This document shows positions 17,662 to 33,181 of a DNA stretch of 64,000 bases, in pieces (positions within the stretch are counted from its first letter, which is position 1; the number at the start of each line of letters is the position of its first letter). A model generated the notes under the pieces. That model made no database searches. It saw only the letters and a program-made list of their open reading frames with translations, and was not told the DNA's origin. The stretch lies in the NCBI GenBank assembly GCA_021786845.1, contig JAJYMO010000031.1:7881-71880 (forward strand). The letters are read 5' to 3'. Source of the stretch: Pseudomonadota bacterium (GTDB lineage Bacteria > Pseudomonadota > Gammaproteobacteria > Burkholderiales > Sulfuriferulaceae). Made by a program: the position numbers and the translations under genes.

Positions 17662-19707
17662 TTATTTCACCCGCATTCCCGGCTGGGCACCCTCATCGGG
17701 TGCCAACAGGAATAGTCCCGGCGTGTCGCCAGAAGCAGCCAATACCATGCCTTCAGACAGACCAAATTTCATTTTTCGTGGCGCGAGGTTGGCGACCATG
17801 ACCGTTAACCGACCGATAAGCCCGGCGGGATCGTAGGCCGATTTGATGCCGGCGAACACATTACGCGGTGTGGCTTCACCAATGTCCAGAGTGAGGCGGA
17901 TCAATTTATCTGCGCCTTCAACGTGTTCAGCGTTGAGAATGCGGGCGACGCGCAAGTCAATTTTGGCAAAATCGTCCACATGAATGGTGTCGGATTGCGT
18001 CGTTTCAGCCGATGGCGCAGCAACTTTTGTTGCGGGTGCCGCGACGGGTTCAGGCGCAGCAGTGGCAGGTGCGGCGTTGGCATCCAGCATTTTATCCACT
18101 TGCCGGGCGTCGACACGCGCCATCAGGTGCTGGTAAATATTGACTGTGTGGTCGCTGAGGAGGTGTTGGGCATCAGACCATTGCAATGGTGCGATATTGA
18201 GGAATCGCTCGGCATCGCGGGCGAGATGGGGCAGCACGGGTTTTAAATACAGAGTGAGCAGGCGAAACAGGTTGATGGCCACGCTGCACACCTCATGCAG
18301 GTCGGCATCGCGCCCAGCTTGTTTGGCGATGTCCCAAGGTTTGTGTTCATTCACGTATTGGTTGGCCAGATCAGCCAAGCCCATGATTTCACGTAATGCC
18401 CGGCCATAATCCAGCACAGTGTAACCGTTGGCGATGCTGTCAGCCGCCTGCTGTGTTGCGGTCAACAAGGCATTGTCGGGGCATTGTGTGGCCAGTTTGC
18501 CTGAAAACCGCTGTTGGATGAAACCGGCGGTGCGGCTGGCGATGTTGACGTATTTCCCCACCAGATCGCTGTTGACACGGGCAATAAAATCGCTCAGATT
18601 GAGATCAATGTCTTCCATACTGCCATTGAGCTTGCTGGCCAAATAGTAGCGCAACCATTCGGGGTTCATGCCGCTGTCCAGATAACTTTGGGCGGTGATG
18701 AACGTGCCGCGTGATTTGGACATTTTTGCGCCGTTGACTGTTAAAAATCCATGCACGAAGACGCCGTTGGGTGTGCGATACCCTGCGCCGTGCAGCATGG
18801 CTGGCCAAAACAGGGCGTGAAAATAAAGAATGTCCTTACCGATGAAATGATAGAGTTCGGTATCGCTGCCGGCGCGCCACCACGCATCAAAATCCAGCTG
18901 TTTCTTTTTGGCAAAATTGGCAAAGCTGGCCATGTAACCGATAGGCGCATCCAGCCACACATAAAAATATTTGCCTGGCGCACCAGGAATTTCAAAGCCG
19001 AAATAGGGTGCGTCACGGGAAATATCCCAATTCTGGAGGCCGACCTTAAACCATTCATCCAGTTTGTTGGCAGCTTCGCGTTGCAAGGTGCCGGAGCGCG
19101 TCCACTGCTGTAGAAATTCAGTGCAATCGCCAAGTTTAAAAAAGTAGTGTTCAGACAGCCGCCGTACCGGTACGGTGCCGGACAGGGCAGAAACTGGCTG
19201 GATGAGGTCGGTGGGTGAATAGGTGGCGCCACATATTTCGCAGCCATCGCCATACTGATCTGCCGCCCCGCAGCGAGGACATTGACCTTTGATGAAGCGA
19301 TCCGCCAGAAACATGTCTTTGCTGGCATCATAGTACTGCTCAATTGTCTTCTGTTCGATCAGACCCGCTTCGCGCAGCTTCACAAATACTTCGCCCGACA
19401 GGGTACGGTTTTCTTCCGAATGGGTAGAGTGATAATTGTCGTATTCGACATTAAACCCGGTAAAGTCACGCAGATGTTCCTGGTGTACGCGTGAGATGAG
19501 TGCCTCTGGTGAGATACCCTCGCTTTGGGCGCGCAGCATAATGGGCGTGCCGTGCGTGTCGTCAGCGCACACATAGTAGCATTCATGGCCATTCATCTTC
19601 TGGAATCGGACCCAAATGTCGGTTTGGACGTGTTCCACGAGGTGGCCAAGATGAATCGCGCCATTCGCATAAGGCAGCGCAGAAGTGACTAAAATTTTAC
19701 GGGTCAT
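17662..19707 (-). CDS. metG: methionine--tRNA ligase
   Basis: [13 protein letters not shown] (HIGH) and KMSKS motifs; Zn knuckle CPRCG...CEICG; C-terminal tRNA-binding domain. Confidence 0.95.
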   Translation of the reverse strand: MTRKILVTSALPYANGAIHLGHLVEHVQTDIWVRFQKMNGHECYYVCADDTHGTPIMLRAQSEGISPEALISRVHQEHLRDFTGFNVEYDNYHSTHSEENRTLSGEVFVKLREAGLIEQKTIEQYYDASKDMFLADRFIKGQCPRCGAADQYGDGCEICGATYSPTDLIQPVSALSGTVPVRRLSEHYFFKLGDCTEFLQQWTRSGTLQREAANKLDEWFKVGLQNWDISRDAPYFGFEIPGAPGKYFYVWLDAPIGYMASFANFAKKKQLDFDAWWRAGSDTELYHFIGKDILYFHALFWPAMLHGAGYRTPNGVFVHGFLTVNGAKMSKSRGTFITAQSYLDSGMNPEWLRYYLASKLNGSMEDIDLNLSDFIARVNSDLVGKYVNIASRTAGFIQQRFSGKLATQCPDNALLTATQQAADSIANGYTVLDYGRALREIMGLADLANQYVNEHKPWDIAKQAGRDADLHEVCSVAINLFRLLTLYLKPVLPHLARDAERFLNIAPLQWSDAQHLLSDHTVNIYQHLMARVDARQVDKMLDANAAPATAAPEPVAAPATKVAAPSAETTQSDTIHVDDFAKIDLRVARILNAEHVEGADKLIRLTLDIGEATPRNVFAGIKSAYDPAGLIGRLTVMVANLAPRKMKFGLSEGMVLAASGDTPGLFLLAPDEGAQPGMRVK

Positions 19708-19814
19708 AAGTCATTCTATCGATATTTAAATTATATTCAATGTGATGCATCAACATGATGCACCTTCTTTTTTTAGGCTCTGTCGCTAAATGTTGTTGAA
19801 ATAAGACCTCTCTG

Positions 19815-19908
19815 ATCCCCCCTTTGCAAAGGGGGGGTAGGGGGGATTTGCAGTGGTGCCGAATGACGCGCAGCAAATCCCCCTTAATCCCCCTTTTTTA
19901 AAGGGGGA
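19815..19908. repeat. composite palindromic C/G-tract element (three nested hairpins) downstream of acnA
   Basis: cccccctttgcaaaggggggg; ggggggatttgc...gcaaatccccc; cccccttttttaaaggggg. Confidence 0.7.
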
Positions 19909-19983
19909 AAGTGTGTCTGGGTATCTGACAGATCATCCAATTTTCCACCTCGATATGATTCAACACGCATCTGCGACAGATCG

Positions 19984-22671
19984 TCATTTTAACAGTTGTT
20001 GCAACACATACGGCAAAATACCGCCATGGCGGTAATAATCGACTTCGATCGGCGTGTCGATGCGCAAGGTCAACATGACCGTGCGGGTGCGGCCATCCGC
20101 ATAACGAATCAGCAGTTGCACGTCCTGTTGCGGGGTGATGCCCTGGTCCAGGCCCAATAAATCGAATTGTTCGCTGCCATCCAGTTGCAGGCTTTCTGTG
20201 CTGTCACCCGCTTTGAATTGGCAGGGCAGCACGCCCATGCCGGCCAGGTTGGCGCGGTGGATGCGCTCAAAACTTTTGGCGATGACTGCTTTCACACCCA
20301 ACAAGCGGGTGCCCTTGGCCGCCCAGTCTCGCGATGAACCAGTGCCGTACTCTTCGCCCGCAAACACCATTAACGGCGTGTGTTGGGTTTGATAACGCAT
20401 GGACGCATCGTAAACAGGGAGAATTTCACCCCCGGGCTGGAAGCGGGTAATGCCGCCTTCGCTGCCGGGCACCATGCGATTTTTGATGCGTACATTGGCA
20501 AATGTGCCTCTTACCATCAATTCATGGTTGCCACGGCGCGCGCCGTAACTGTTGAAATTTGCCTTGTCGACACCATGCGCTTGCAAGTACAGTCCGGCAG
20601 GGGAATCGGCACGAATAGACCCCGCAGGACTGATGTGGTCTGTGGTGACCGAATCACCGAAAATTGCCAGTGCCCGTGCGTGATGAATGTCTCCCATGGC
20701 GGGCACTTCGCCGGAAAAGAAAGGTGGTTGCTGGATATAAGTGGAATCGGGATTCCAGGCGTATACCTGCCCGCTGGGGGCAGGGACTGCTGCCCACAGC
20801 GGATTGTCTGCGCTGAGGTCGGCGTAACGGGCGCGATAGCTGGCCGGGTCAGTGGCGGTATACATGACGGCCGCAATTTCCTCTGCACTCGGCCAGATGT
20901 CGCGTAAATAAACCGGCTGCCCTTGCGCATCGGTACCCAGTGCATCCTGTGCAAGGTTGATGCACATATTGCCTGCCAGAGCACTGGCCACCACCAGCGG
21001 GGGACTCATCAGAAAATTGGCTTTCACATTCTGGTGCACACGCGCTTCAAAATTGCGGTTACCGGACAGTACCGCTGCCACCACCAAATCACCCTCAACA
21101 ATGGCCGTTTCAATGTCGGCCAACAAAGGGCCCGAATTGCCGATACACGTGGTACAGCCATAACCGACCAGATTAAAGCCCAATTGTGCCAGCGGTTCGA
21201 ACAACCCGGCGGCCTGAAGGTAATCGGTGACCACGCGTGATCCCGGTGCCAAAGAGGTTTTGACGTGTGCAGGCACGCGCATTCCGCGTGCTGCGGCTTT
21301 TTTAGCCAGCAAGCCGGCTGCCAGCATGACGCTGGGGTTAGAGGTGTTGGTGCAAGAGGTGATTGCCGCAATCACAATGTCGCCGTGTCCGATTGCCCCC
21401 GGCGCAACCTTGACTTGCGCGTGCGAAAGACTTGCCTGATCTGCGATGGATTTTTCCCAGCCGCCTTCTTTTTTGGGGCGCGCCATTAACTCGTGAAATT
21501 TTTGCGCCACCTGATCGAGCGCAATACGGTCTTGCGGCCGCTGTGGGCCAGCGACAGAAGGCACCACAGTGGACAAATCGAACACCAGTGTTTCGGAATA
21601 ATCGCAAGCCCCTGGCTGTGGGATGCCAAACAAACCCTGGGCCTGAAAGTAATTGCGCAACGTGGCCACATCCACCGGATCGCGTCCGGTGGCCAGCAAG
21701 TAATCACAAGTGGCCTCATCTGGCGGGAAGAAACCCATGGTGGCGCCGTATTCCGGGGCCATGTTGGCAATGGTGGCACGATCCGGCAAGGAAAGTGCCC
21801 GCGCACCCTCGCCAAAAAATTCGACAAACTTGCCCACCACCTTGGCGCAGCGCAACATTTCAGTCAATGTCAGCACCACATCGGTAGCGGTGACACCCGC
21901 TTTCACGTGACCGAGCAGATTTACACCCACCACATCGGGGGTGAGAAAGTACACCGGTTGACCCAGCATGGCGGCTTCGGCTTCAATGCCGCCCACACCC
22001 CAGGCCACGATGCCCAGGCCGTTAATCATGGTGGTGTGCGAATCCGTGCCAACCAGGCTGTCAGGGAAATACATGCCGCCCTTGTGCATCACTCCATGCG
22101 CCAGATATTCCATGTTGACCTGATGCACAATACCGATGCCAGGTGGGACTACTTTAAATGTGTCAAACGCCTGCATACCCCATTTCAGCAGTTCATAGCG
22201 CTCCTGATTGCGTGAAAACTCCAGGGCCATGTTCTGTTGCAACGCATCGGCTTGGCCAAAGACATCCACCTGTACAGAATGATCCACCACCATATCCACC
22301 GGCGCGAGCGGTTCAATCAGGCCAGGGTCTTTGCCGGCCAGTACTGCGGCAGCACGCATGGCAGCCAGATCGGCCAGCAAAGGCACACCAGTAAAATCTT
22401 GCAAGATCACGCGTGACACCACAAAAGGGATTTCTTCCGTACGCGGGCCGTTCGGCTGCCAATTTGCCAGTTGGCGCACATGCAGTTCGGTGATTCTTTG
22501 GCCATCGCAATGGCGCAATACCGATTCCAGCACCATGCGAATCGAAACCGGCAAGCGGGAAATTGCACCGATCCCCGCTGTTTCCAGCGCGGGAAGTGAA
22601 ACCATCTGACCGTTTGTGCCATTGCCGGTTTTGAAATGGGAAAGGGTATGAAATGGATACGCTGATGTCAT
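19984..22671 (-). CDS. acnA: aconitate hydratase A
   Basis: 895 aa; aconitase family with Fe-S ligand motifs ([18 protein letters not shown]) and a swivel domain. Confidence 0.95.
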   Translation of the reverse strand: MTSAYPFHTLSHFKTGNGTNGQMVSLPALETAGIGAISRLPVSIRMVLESVLRHCDGQRITELHVRQLANWQPNGPRTEEIPFVVSRVILQDFTGVPLLADLAAMRAAAVLAGKDPGLIEPLAPVDMVVDHSVQVDVFGQADALQQNMALEFSRNQERYELLKWGMQAFDTFKVVPPGIGIVHQVNMEYLAHGVMHKGGMYFPDSLVGTDSHTTMINGLGIVAWGVGGIEAEAAMLGQPVYFLTPDVVGVNLLGHVKAGVTATDVVLTLTEMLRCAKVVGKFVEFFGEGARALSLPDRATIANMAPEYGATMGFFPPDEATCDYLLATGRDPVDVATLRNYFQAQGLFGIPQPGACDYSETLVFDLSTVVPSVAGPQRPQDRIALDQVAQKFHELMARPKKEGGWEKSIADQASLSHAQVKVAPGAIGHGDIVIAAITSCTNTSNPSVMLAAGLLAKKAAARGMRVPAHVKTSLAPGSRVVTDYLQAAGLFEPLAQLGFNLVGYGCTTCIGNSGPLLADIETAIVEGDLVVAAVLSGNRNFEARVHQNVKANFLMSPPLVVASALAGNMCINLAQDALGTDAQGQPVYLRDIWPSAEEIAAVMYTATDPASYRARYADLSADNPLWAAVPAPSGQVYAWNPDSTYIQQPPFFSGEVPAMGDIHHARALAIFGDSVTTDHISPAGSIRADSPAGLYLQAHGVDKANFNSYGARRGNHELMVRGTFANVRIKNRMVPGSEGGITRFQPGGEILPVYDASMRYQTQHTPLMVFAGEEYGTGSSRDWAAKGTRLLGVKAVIAKSFERIHRANLAGMGVLPCQFKAGDSTESLQLDGSEQFDLLGLDQGITPQQDVQLLIRYADGRTRTVMLTLRIDTPIEVDYYRHGGILPYVLQQLLK

Positions 22672-22954
22672 AATAGGGGGAGGTTTTCAAAATAATTGAG
22701 GTGAATTTTACCGCAAAACAGGTGTCTCTCGCATGAGAATATGAGTGCGGTGGTGTGTTATTTGGAAAAAATGGGCAATGTACATGCCGGAGAGGTGTTG
22801 TTCGGATCAGACGGTGAGCTGGATGGTTAGGGTTCGGTCACCAATTTTTGCCGCAAGCAGGGCGCTGATGGATGGTGCATCGCGGTGGGGAGATGTCTAA
22901 ATACTGGATTCCCGCTTGCGTAAAAATAACGAAAGCAGGGCTTGTGTCAAGAAT

Positions 22955-22978
22955 CCCCTCTCCCTTAAGGAAGAGGGG
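22955..22978 (-). terminator. GC-rich near-perfect palindrome 11 nt downstream of the prmB stop (same C-tract/aagg family as 19815..19908)
   Basis: cccctctcccttaaggaagagggg; preceded at 22904..22935 by a degenerate arm of the 36312..36434 MITE (ctggattcccgcttgcg...). Confidence 0.4.
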
Positions 22979-22988
22979 TAGAGGTCAC

Positions 22989-25410
<2,422 letters not shown>

Positions 25411-25427
25411 CTGTGCAGAGTGTTCAA

Positions 25428-25862
25428 TCACTTTATAGCACCCCGATGCGGACAATTAACCCGGTTACAGTCCACATACAGATGCAACGAATGATCGTGG
25501 ATAGTGAAGCCTCGTTCTGTAGCGATACTCTTTTGCCGGCGTTCAATTTCCTCATCAAAAAATTCTTCAAGATGACCACACTGAAGACAGACCAGGTGAT
25601 CGTGATGTTGCCCGGCATTGAGTTCATATACCGCCTTGTCGCTGTCAAAATGGTGGCGGATCAACAGGCCAGCCTGTTCAAACTGGGTGAGTACACGATA
25701 AACTGTTGCCAGGCCAATATCGATATCGTCTGCAATCAACATGCGGTAAATGTCTTCGGCAGCAAGATGTTGCCTGGTACTGTGCTCGAACAGTTTCAGT
25801 ACTTTAAGGCGTGGCAGGGTGGCTTTCAGGCCCGTGCTCTTCAAGTTGGTCGGTGTGCTCAT
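25428..25862 (-). CDS. fur: ferric uptake regulator
   Basis: winged-helix N-terminus; HHDHLVCLQCG...C-x metal sites. Confidence 0.95.
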   Translation of the reverse strand: MSTPTNLKSTGLKATLPRLKVLKLFEHSTRQHLAAEDIYRMLIADDIDIGLATVYRVLTQFEQAGLLIRHHFDSDKAVYELNAGQHHDHLVCLQCGHLEEFFDEEIERRQKSIATERGFTIHDHSLHLYVDCNRVNCPHRGAIK

Positions 25863-25932
25863 GACAATTCGTGCGTTTTAATGAGAATATAGGCTATCAT
25901 AGAGGCTTTGCTTTACTTTGCAAGTATTGATT

Positions 25933-27211
<1,279 letters not shown>

Positions 27212-27239
27212 GTTTTGGAAGCATAGCTGGAGCAATGCT

Positions 27240-28262
27240 GTGGATAGTGTTGATCTTTCTGTCCTGAAATCTCTGTATGCATGGCAAACGGAAGCGCTTC
27301 CACTTTGGCTGGTAACTGTGGTGGAGACCTTTGGCTCAAGCCCTCGCCCGAAGGGTGCGATGCTTGCTCTGCGAGGTGATGGCCTTGTGGTGGGTTCAGT
27401 ATCGGGAGGTTGCATTGAGGCTGATCTCGTGAGTCGAGCAGTGCAAGGGCAGCTAAAGGGCGATTGTTGTGAAGTGGTGATGTATGGTGTGACTCAGGAA
27501 GACGCGCAAAATTTTGGTCTGCCCTGTGGTGGATCGTTGCGTCTGGTCATCGAACCGGTGCGGAATCCGGATTGGGTCGGACGCGTCCTTCAATCCATTC
27601 AATCTCATCAACTGATACGTCGTACTGTACATCTTGAATCCATGCGGGTATTGCTGGATAACGCCAGTCGAATCGAAACGACCACTTTTGACGGTGAACA
27701 AATGACCATGGTGCATGGCCCTCGCTGGCGGTTATTGATCATCGGCGCTGGCCAAACTTCCGGTTATCTTGCACGCATGGCCCAAGCGCTTGATTATCAG
27801 GTCACTGTTTGCGACCCGACCCAAGCGTTGCGTCAGACGTGGCATGTGCCGGACGCCATTCTGATGAGTGAGATGCCTGACGAAGTGGTACGGGCTTTTG
27901 AGGTGGATGCCTGTACGGCCATTGTGGCGCTTTCCCACGACCCCAAGTTAGACGATATGGCGCTGCTGGAGGCGCTTAAAACACCCGCGTTCTATATCGG
28001 CGCGCTTGGTTCTCAAGCCAATAATATGAAACGGCGCGCGAGGTTGGCCTTGTTCGACCTTACGCAAAAAGAAATCAACAGGTTGCATGGGCCTGTGGGC
28101 TTACCGATAGGAAGCCGTACGCCACCGGAGATTGCAGTATCTGTTCTGGCGCACATGATCTCGATCAGAAATCAGTCGGCCATTGCAAGTCGTGTCAGTC
28201 GGTCCAAAAAAAGCGTGTTGACGAGGGGTCGGTGTGATGTCGCTCCGGTTTCTGTAGTTTGA
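27240..28262 (+). CDS. XdhC/CoxI-family molybdenum-enzyme maturation protein
   Basis: N-terminal XdhC_CoxI block (SSPRPKGAMLALRGDG..GSVSGGCIE) and a C-terminal Rossmann block (LLIIGAGQ...). Confidence 0.8.
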   Translation: MDSVDLSVLKSLYAWQTEALPLWLVTVVETFGSSPRPKGAMLALRGDGLVVGSVSGGCIEADLVSRAVQGQLKGDCCEVVMYGVTQEDAQNFGLPCGGSLRLVIEPVRNPDWVGRVLQSIQSHQLIRRTVHLESMRVLLDNASRIETTTFDGEQMTMVHGPRWRLLIIGAGQTSGYLARMAQALDYQVTVCDPTQALRQTWHVPDAILMSEMPDEVVRAFEVDACTAIVALSHDPKLDDMALLEALKTPAFYIGALGSQANNMKRRARLALFDLTQKEINRLHGPVGLPIGSRTPPEIAVSVLAHMISIRNQSAIASRVSRSKKSVLTRGRCDVAPVSVV

Positions 28263-28369
28263 TGGTGGTATGGTATGATTACCCTGATGCTTTGTTCCAC
28301 GCTTGGAGTTTAAGATTTTTTCGGGTGAATGATATTTTTATTTCAATACGCGACAAAGGAGCTTAAACC

Positions 28370-29110
28370 ATGACCACCAGCAATACGATCGAACCAACCC
28401 CATCCATCTCTGCAGAACAACGGTACCGAATGATTGCTGAAGCGGCTTATTTTCGGGCTGAAAATCGTGGGTTTTCTGGCGCAAACATGGCACAGGACTG
28501 GATTGAAGCCGAGGCGGAAATCGATCGGCAATTGCATCCGGTTTTCGGGATGATGGAAAAGAAATCTTCTTTTGAAGATACACTTCGTCAGCAGATTCTG
28601 CGTTGGGATGCGCGTCTTGACCAGTTGGCTGAAAATGCCACAATGGCCAAGACAACCGCCAGGGCCAAAATCAGGAAGCAAATCAGCGAAATAACTGCCA
28701 ACCGTGAGGCGCTTAAAGAGAGCCTCCATGCACTGCAAGCCAGTACCACTTCTACGTGGGATGATTTGAAGCATCAGGCCGAGCAGATATTGGCGAAGAT
28801 GCAGGGTGTGTATGATCATGCAGCCAGCCAGAAGGAAGCTTTTGAACAGCAACTTACCACGCAGCTTGCGGTTTGGGATGTTCGATACCAGGATCTCAAA
28901 GCCAGGGCAAAAAATGCGGGTGTTGAGGTGCAATCGAATCTTCACTCAAAAATGTACGTGTTGGAAGAACACCGTGTTGCCGCTGAAGCGCAATTGGTGG
29001 AATTGCGTACTCGAAGTGCTGAAGCGTGGGAAGACATTAAGACCGGCACTGACAAAACCTGGAAAACATTGCACGATACCCTGGATCGGGTTGCCGATCA
29101 CTTTAAGTGA
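28370..29110 (+). CDS. DUF2934-type N-terminal domain protein with a long coiled-coil repeat region
   Basis: EQRYRMIAEAAYFRAENRGFSG..QDWIEAEAEI (DUF2934-like); then repeated W-containing helical units (STWDDLKHQAEQ, AEAWEDIKTGTDKTWKTL). Confidence 0.6.
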   Translation: MTTSNTIEPTPSISAEQRYRMIAEAAYFRAENRGFSGANMAQDWIEAEAEIDRQLHPVFGMMEKKSSFEDTLRQQILRWDARLDQLAENATMAKTTARAKIRKQISEITANREALKESLHALQASTTSTWDDLKHQAEQILAKMQGVYDHAASQKEAFEQQLTTQLAVWDVRYQDLKARAKNAGVEVQSNLHSKMYVLEEHRVAAEAQLVELRTRSAEAWEDIKTGTDKTWKTLHDTLDRVADHFK

Positions 29111-29112
29111 GT

Positions 29113-29676
29113 TCAGGCCAAGAACGGCAGTTGTTCTGGAAAGTCCACGTCGAACAGCACCCCTGGGTCATTCAGTTCCAATTCCAGAATCGCTTCTGCA
29201 TGGGTGTGTAACAAGGAGCGGGCACCCCTGTCGCCCTGCAAGACCATCAGTGAGGGACCAAAAACATGGTCAAAACACACCGGATGGCCTCGTTTGCCAG
29301 CATACAGCGGCACAATGATCTGTCCTCGCCTTGATGCTTGCGCCACAGCCCTGATGCTGGAGGCATGCAGATGAGGCATATCGGCAAGACCAATTGCCCA
29401 GCCTCCAGCATTCGCTGTCTCAATCACCCCATGCGCGAGGCTGAGTGCCATGCCCTGATCAGACTGTGAGCAGTGAGTACAGGCGACGCCAGCGTTGGAC
29501 AGCAGTTGTGCCAATGCAATATCTTCAGATCGAAGGACGACGAGCACATCATCCATGACATTGAGCCATTTTAGCGCACAGTGCAACACCATCGGCTGGC
29601 CGTCGATGAGCGCAAGCCGCTTGTCGGTTCCAAAGCGTCGCGATTGCCCTGCAGCAAGTATCAGACCCTGGATCAT
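29113..29676 (-). CDS. molybdenum cofactor cytidylyltransferase-like nucleotidyltransferase (MocA family)
   Basis: MIQGLILAAGQSRRFGTDKRL N-terminal signature. Confidence 0.75.
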   Translation of the reverse strand: MIQGLILAAGQSRRFGTDKRLALIDGQPMVLHCALKWLNVMDDVLVVLRSEDIALAQLLSNAGVACTHCSQSDQGMALSLAHGVIETANAGGWAIGLADMPHLHASSIRAVAQASRRGQIIVPLYAGKRGHPVCFDHVFGPSLMVLQGDRGARSLLHTHAEAILELELNDPGVLFDVDFPEQLPFLA

Positions 29677-29781
29677 CCTGGGATTGGCCGCTTAATGCGT
29701 GGCTTGTTTATGACGCTGATGAGTGGCGAAGCAAATAGGCTTTCGTTGCATGTGATTACCTTAACAAACAAGTGGTTCCGA

Positions 29782-30840
29782 TCACAATAAGCGTTCATGT
29801 GGTGATTCGCAGGAGGCGGCCTTCAGAATGGTGCGGCTGATTAATGCGGACAACAGGGGTAGCTTATAAGCGTTCCCGGATAAAGGGGTCGCAGTGGTGA
29901 TGGCGGCTTCTGCTGCAGTCCTCGCATTGTCCGGATCGATTTTAGCGCCTGTCAGAATATTTTCAGCCTCTTGTGCTCTTCGGGGCGTTGGGGAGACGCT
30001 GCCAAGGACAATCCGGGCCTGTTGGCAAATATCATTATGATCAATAACAAAAACGGCCGCAACAGCCGCCAGTGGCCAGTCAAAAGCCGCTTTTTCACTC
30101 AGTTGCAGGTAGGCGGATCGATGCGCAGGGTGAGGTGCGGGGAGTTTGACTGCTGTGATCAGTTCTCCTGCTTGAAGAATGTTTTCATGGCGCGGATCAC
30201 GAGAGGGTAGCATGAAAAAATCGTCGATGGGAATAACCCGTTGCGCACCCTGGGCGCTGACACACTTAATCTGAGCCTGGAAAGCCAGCAATGCTGTCGC
30301 CGGCGTGGAAGGGTGGACAATGGCGCATCCGTCATGATTGGCAAATACAGCGTGGTACCGGTTGTCACCTGCATAGGCAAAACAGTGTTCGCCACCTTTA
30401 CGCAGGCAATGATGTGCAGGCGAACGAAGGTACCAGCATCGTGGACGTTGCAAAAGATTGCCTCCCAACGTCGCCCTGTTGCGGATTTGCGGACTTGCTG
30501 CCGCAGTGACTGTTTGGACAAGCGCAGGAAAGTATTTCCCCACGCCGGAATGCGCGGCGATTTGTGCCAGCGTAGCCAATGCACCAATCGTGAATCCGCC
30601 ATCGGCATCTTCCGAAATGCTCTGAAATTCAGACAGATGGTTGATGTCAATCAAACGCCTGGGACTAACCAGACCCTCTTTCATGAGGTCAAGCAGGTCT
30701 ACGCCGCCGGCCTTGATGAGCATGGCTTGAGACGCAACAGGTTTGCCTTGTGTGCCTAACATCGCCTCAGTGGTGGTGTGTGTTGCCGAAGTGGCTGCGT
30801 TTTCAAACGACGTTGCCTGTTGCCATTCAAAAGATTCCAT
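29782..30840 (-). CDS. xanthine dehydrogenase-family FAD-binding subunit (CoxM/PaoB-like)
   Basis: FAD_binding_5-type motifs (LIKAGGVDLLDLMK, ATLGGNL); start taken at MESFEWQQ (alternative 30864). Confidence 0.8.
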   Translation of the reverse strand: MESFEWQQATSFENAATSATHTTTEAMLGTQGKPVASQAMLIKAGGVDLLDLMKEGLVSPRRLIDINHLSEFQSISEDADGGFTIGALATLAQIAAHSGVGKYFPALVQTVTAAASPQIRNRATLGGNLLQRPRCWYLRSPAHHCLRKGGEHCFAYAGDNRYHAVFANHDGCAIVHPSTPATALLAFQAQIKCVSAQGAQRVIPIDDFFMLPSRDPRHENILQAGELITAVKLPAPHPAHRSAYLQLSEKAAFDWPLAAVAAVFVIDHNDICQQARIVLGSVSPTPRRAQEAENILTGAKIDPDNARTAAEAAITTATPLSGNAYKLPLLSALISRTILKAASCESPHERLL

Positions 30841-33181
30841 CAACAGGCCCCTTGTTGGCGTCACGCAGCGCTTGAAGAACCCTGGCAGGTGTCATGGGCA
30901 AAGTATTGATTCGGATTCCGATGGCGTTATAGACAGCGTTAGCAATAGCGGCGGCTGTCGCGATATTTGCCGGTTCGCCGACGCCATAGGCATCGGTGGC
31001 ACTCAAGCCCTGATAATTTTCCAGTACCATGACATCGATTTTTGGCAGTCCGCTTGGCCCGGCGAATTTGTAGTCGATAAAATTGGGATTCATCATGCAG
31101 CCAGTATGGGGGTCAATGATTCGCTCTTCCAATAAGGCATAAGAAATACCCATCAAGATGCCGCCGTGGATTTGGCTCTCGATTTGCAAAGGATTGATGG
31201 GCCTTCCGCAATCATGAACGGCAACCACACGTTCGATGTGTATGACACCGGTTTGTGTGTCTACCGTAACGGCCACGAACTGCACCCCACCCAAATCATT
31301 CAGTGCGATCGCTGAATCACCATTGCGGCTATGAAAGCCGGCATAGTCATCGCTACGGCTGGCGACGGCACTGATCCGGTCGGTACGCAACGTGCGGACT
31401 GCTTCTTTCCATGGGATACGTCGGGGCGGCGTGTCTGCCGACTGTACCCAGCCGTCCTGTATTTTTAATTGCTGCGGATCAAGATTCCAATGTGACGCGA
31501 CCGATTGCAGCAGCGCATTTTTGATCTGCCATGCCGCAGAGCGAGCCGGAGGGGTGATGGATGCCGAAGTGCGGCTCCCGTAAGATGGCGGCCCTGAAGG
31601 AAACTCCGTGTCGCCGATGCGTACACCAATCGCGTCGGGCTGTAATCCTAATTCCTCCGCAACAACCTGCTGGAGTAGTGTGCCGATACCGGTGCCAATA
31701 TCTTGTACGCTTGACAGCACTTCCACCTTGCCGTCTCGCCACAAACGCACTTCGCAGGCCGAGTTGATCTGAACATTAGACATCCATAGTGACTGGGCCA
31801 TCCCCAAGCCGTGTTTGATGGAGCCGGAATCAAAGCCGGGTGTTTTGCGATGCGCCCAACCAATTTTCAGGGCGCCGAGCCGTCGTTCTTCACGCCGTAC
31901 GGGGCTGAGGTCGATCACCTCACGTAACACGAGGGGGTCGAAAGAGAGCTTCTCTGCGAGTGCATCAATCGATTGCTCTAACGCAAAAGCACCTTGTGTG
32001 TTACCCGGTCCGCGCATGGCGGTGCTTGGCGATGTGTTGGTGAAAACATCAAATTGCAATGACTTAAGATTTGGGCAAGCGTAGAGAGCCATCGCAATAT
32101 CACCCACGCCTGCGCCCTGCGCAATACCGGCACTCCCCCAGGCATGCAGCGAGATGGCGGTGAGTTTGCCGTCGCGGCGGGCACCGATCCGCAAATGTTG
32201 CTGACTGGATGGACGGTTTCCACTGTCCATCTGTTCCTCATCACGCCGGTACACGAGGCGGACAGGCGCCCTGGACAGGCGTGACAGCGTGACAGCGATC
32301 TTTCCATACTGACCAAGCTGTGATTTGGAGCCAAACCCGCCGCCAATGGCCTGTGCACGGACCCGTACACGTGACAGCGGCAACTGAAAGGTCGCCGCAA
32401 GTTGCGCGCGTACGCCCGCAGTAAATTGTGTCGACATCCACACGTCCAGACCCTCTTCGCGCCAGTCAGCGACGATGGCATGCGGCTCCATGCAACAATG
32501 GGTCTGTACTTGGGTGAAAAATGTCTCTTCCACAATAAAATCCGCAGAAGAAAAACCATCGTTCACATTGCCTTGCTCCCTCTTGCTGGGGCCACGCACG
32601 TTGCCTTCAAGTGGCAGATCGGCGACGAATGGAAATCCAGCGACGGGAATATGAGCCGCCTCGTCCTGCCGATAAATGGTCGAGGCATCCGACCTCATGG
32701 CTGACTCGATATCGATGGCAAAGGGCAGGGGGTCGAATTCAACCTTGATTAACTTGATGGCGGCCTCCGCTGCAGCGAGCGTTTCCGCAGCAACGGCGGC
32801 GATGGGTTGACCGACGTAGCGCACTGCAGGTGCATGGCCGTCAGACAGCGCTTCGATCACGGTGACCACGGCACGCACGCCCAGGAAGTTGCGCGCAGGC
32901 GCAAGGTCCAAGGACCGAATTCTGGCATGAGGAAGGGGTGAGCGCATCACAGCTGCGAACAACATACCCGGCAACTGCACATCAACCGTATAACAGGCTG
33001 CCCCAGTGACTTTGCCCACGGCATCCCAGCGCGGTGTGTTGCGGCCAATAAAATTCAGATCGGCATTGGGGGCCAGCGCGGGAGGCTCACTATCGGATAT
33101 CTCACGCGTAACTTGATCCAGGCCGAGATGAGCCATGCCTGCCGATAACCGTTCATGATGTTTTGGCGTGTTGTCATTCAT
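30827..33181 (-). CDS. xanthine dehydrogenase-family molybdopterin-binding large subunit (aldehyde oxidase type)
   Basis: 784 aa; Ald_Xan_dh motifs (GGGFGSK, MGISYALLEE); operon with the 2Fe-2S and FAD subunits. Confidence 0.9.
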   Translation of the reverse strand: MNDNTPKHHERLSAGMAHLGLDQVTREISDSEPPALAPNADLNFIGRNTPRWDAVGKVTGAACYTVDVQLPGMLFAAVMRSPLPHARIRSLDLAPARNFLGVRAVVTVIEALSDGHAPAVRYVGQPIAAVAAETLAAAEAAIKLIKVEFDPLPFAIDIESAMRSDASTIYRQDEAAHIPVAGFPFVADLPLEGNVRGPSKREQGNVNDGFSSADFIVEETFFTQVQTHCCMEPHAIVADWREEGLDVWMSTQFTAGVRAQLAATFQLPLSRVRVRAQAIGGGFGSKSQLGQYGKIAVTLSRLSRAPVRLVYRRDEEQMDSGNRPSSQQHLRIGARRDGKLTAISLHAWGSAGIAQGAGVGDIAMALYACPNLKSLQFDVFTNTSPSTAMRGPGNTQGAFALEQSIDALAEKLSFDPLVLREVIDLSPVRREERRLGALKIGWAHRKTPGFDSGSIKHGLGMAQSLWMSNVQINSACEVRLWRDGKVEVLSSVQDIGTGIGTLLQQVVAEELGLQPDAIGVRIGDTEFPSGPPSYGSRTSASITPPARSAAWQIKNALLQSVASHWNLDPQQLKIQDGWVQSADTPPRRIPWKEAVRTLRTDRISAVASRSDDYAGFHSRNGDSAIALNDLGGVQFVAVTVDTQTGVIHIERVVAVHDCGRPINPLQIESQIHGGILMGISYALLEERIIDPHTGCMMNPNFIDYKFAGPSGLPKIDVMVLENYQGLSATDAYGVGEPANIATAAAIANAVYNAIGIRINTLPMTPARVLQALRDANKGPVDGIF

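Noticed and set aside
19746-19774. 7-bp hairpin (tgcatca-aca-tgatgca) followed by a T-run on the plus strand, just upstream of the metG start
   Set aside because: It looks like an intrinsic terminator, but no plus-strand gene precedes it, and for acnA (minus strand) the U-run is on the wrong side. It is left unassigned.
25877-25900. tttaatgagaatataggctatcat in the fur-bamE divergent region, considered as a Fur box
   Set aside because: Only the first half (~9 of 12 positions) resembles GATAATGATAATCATTATC, and the second half does not. This is insufficient without a scoring matrix.
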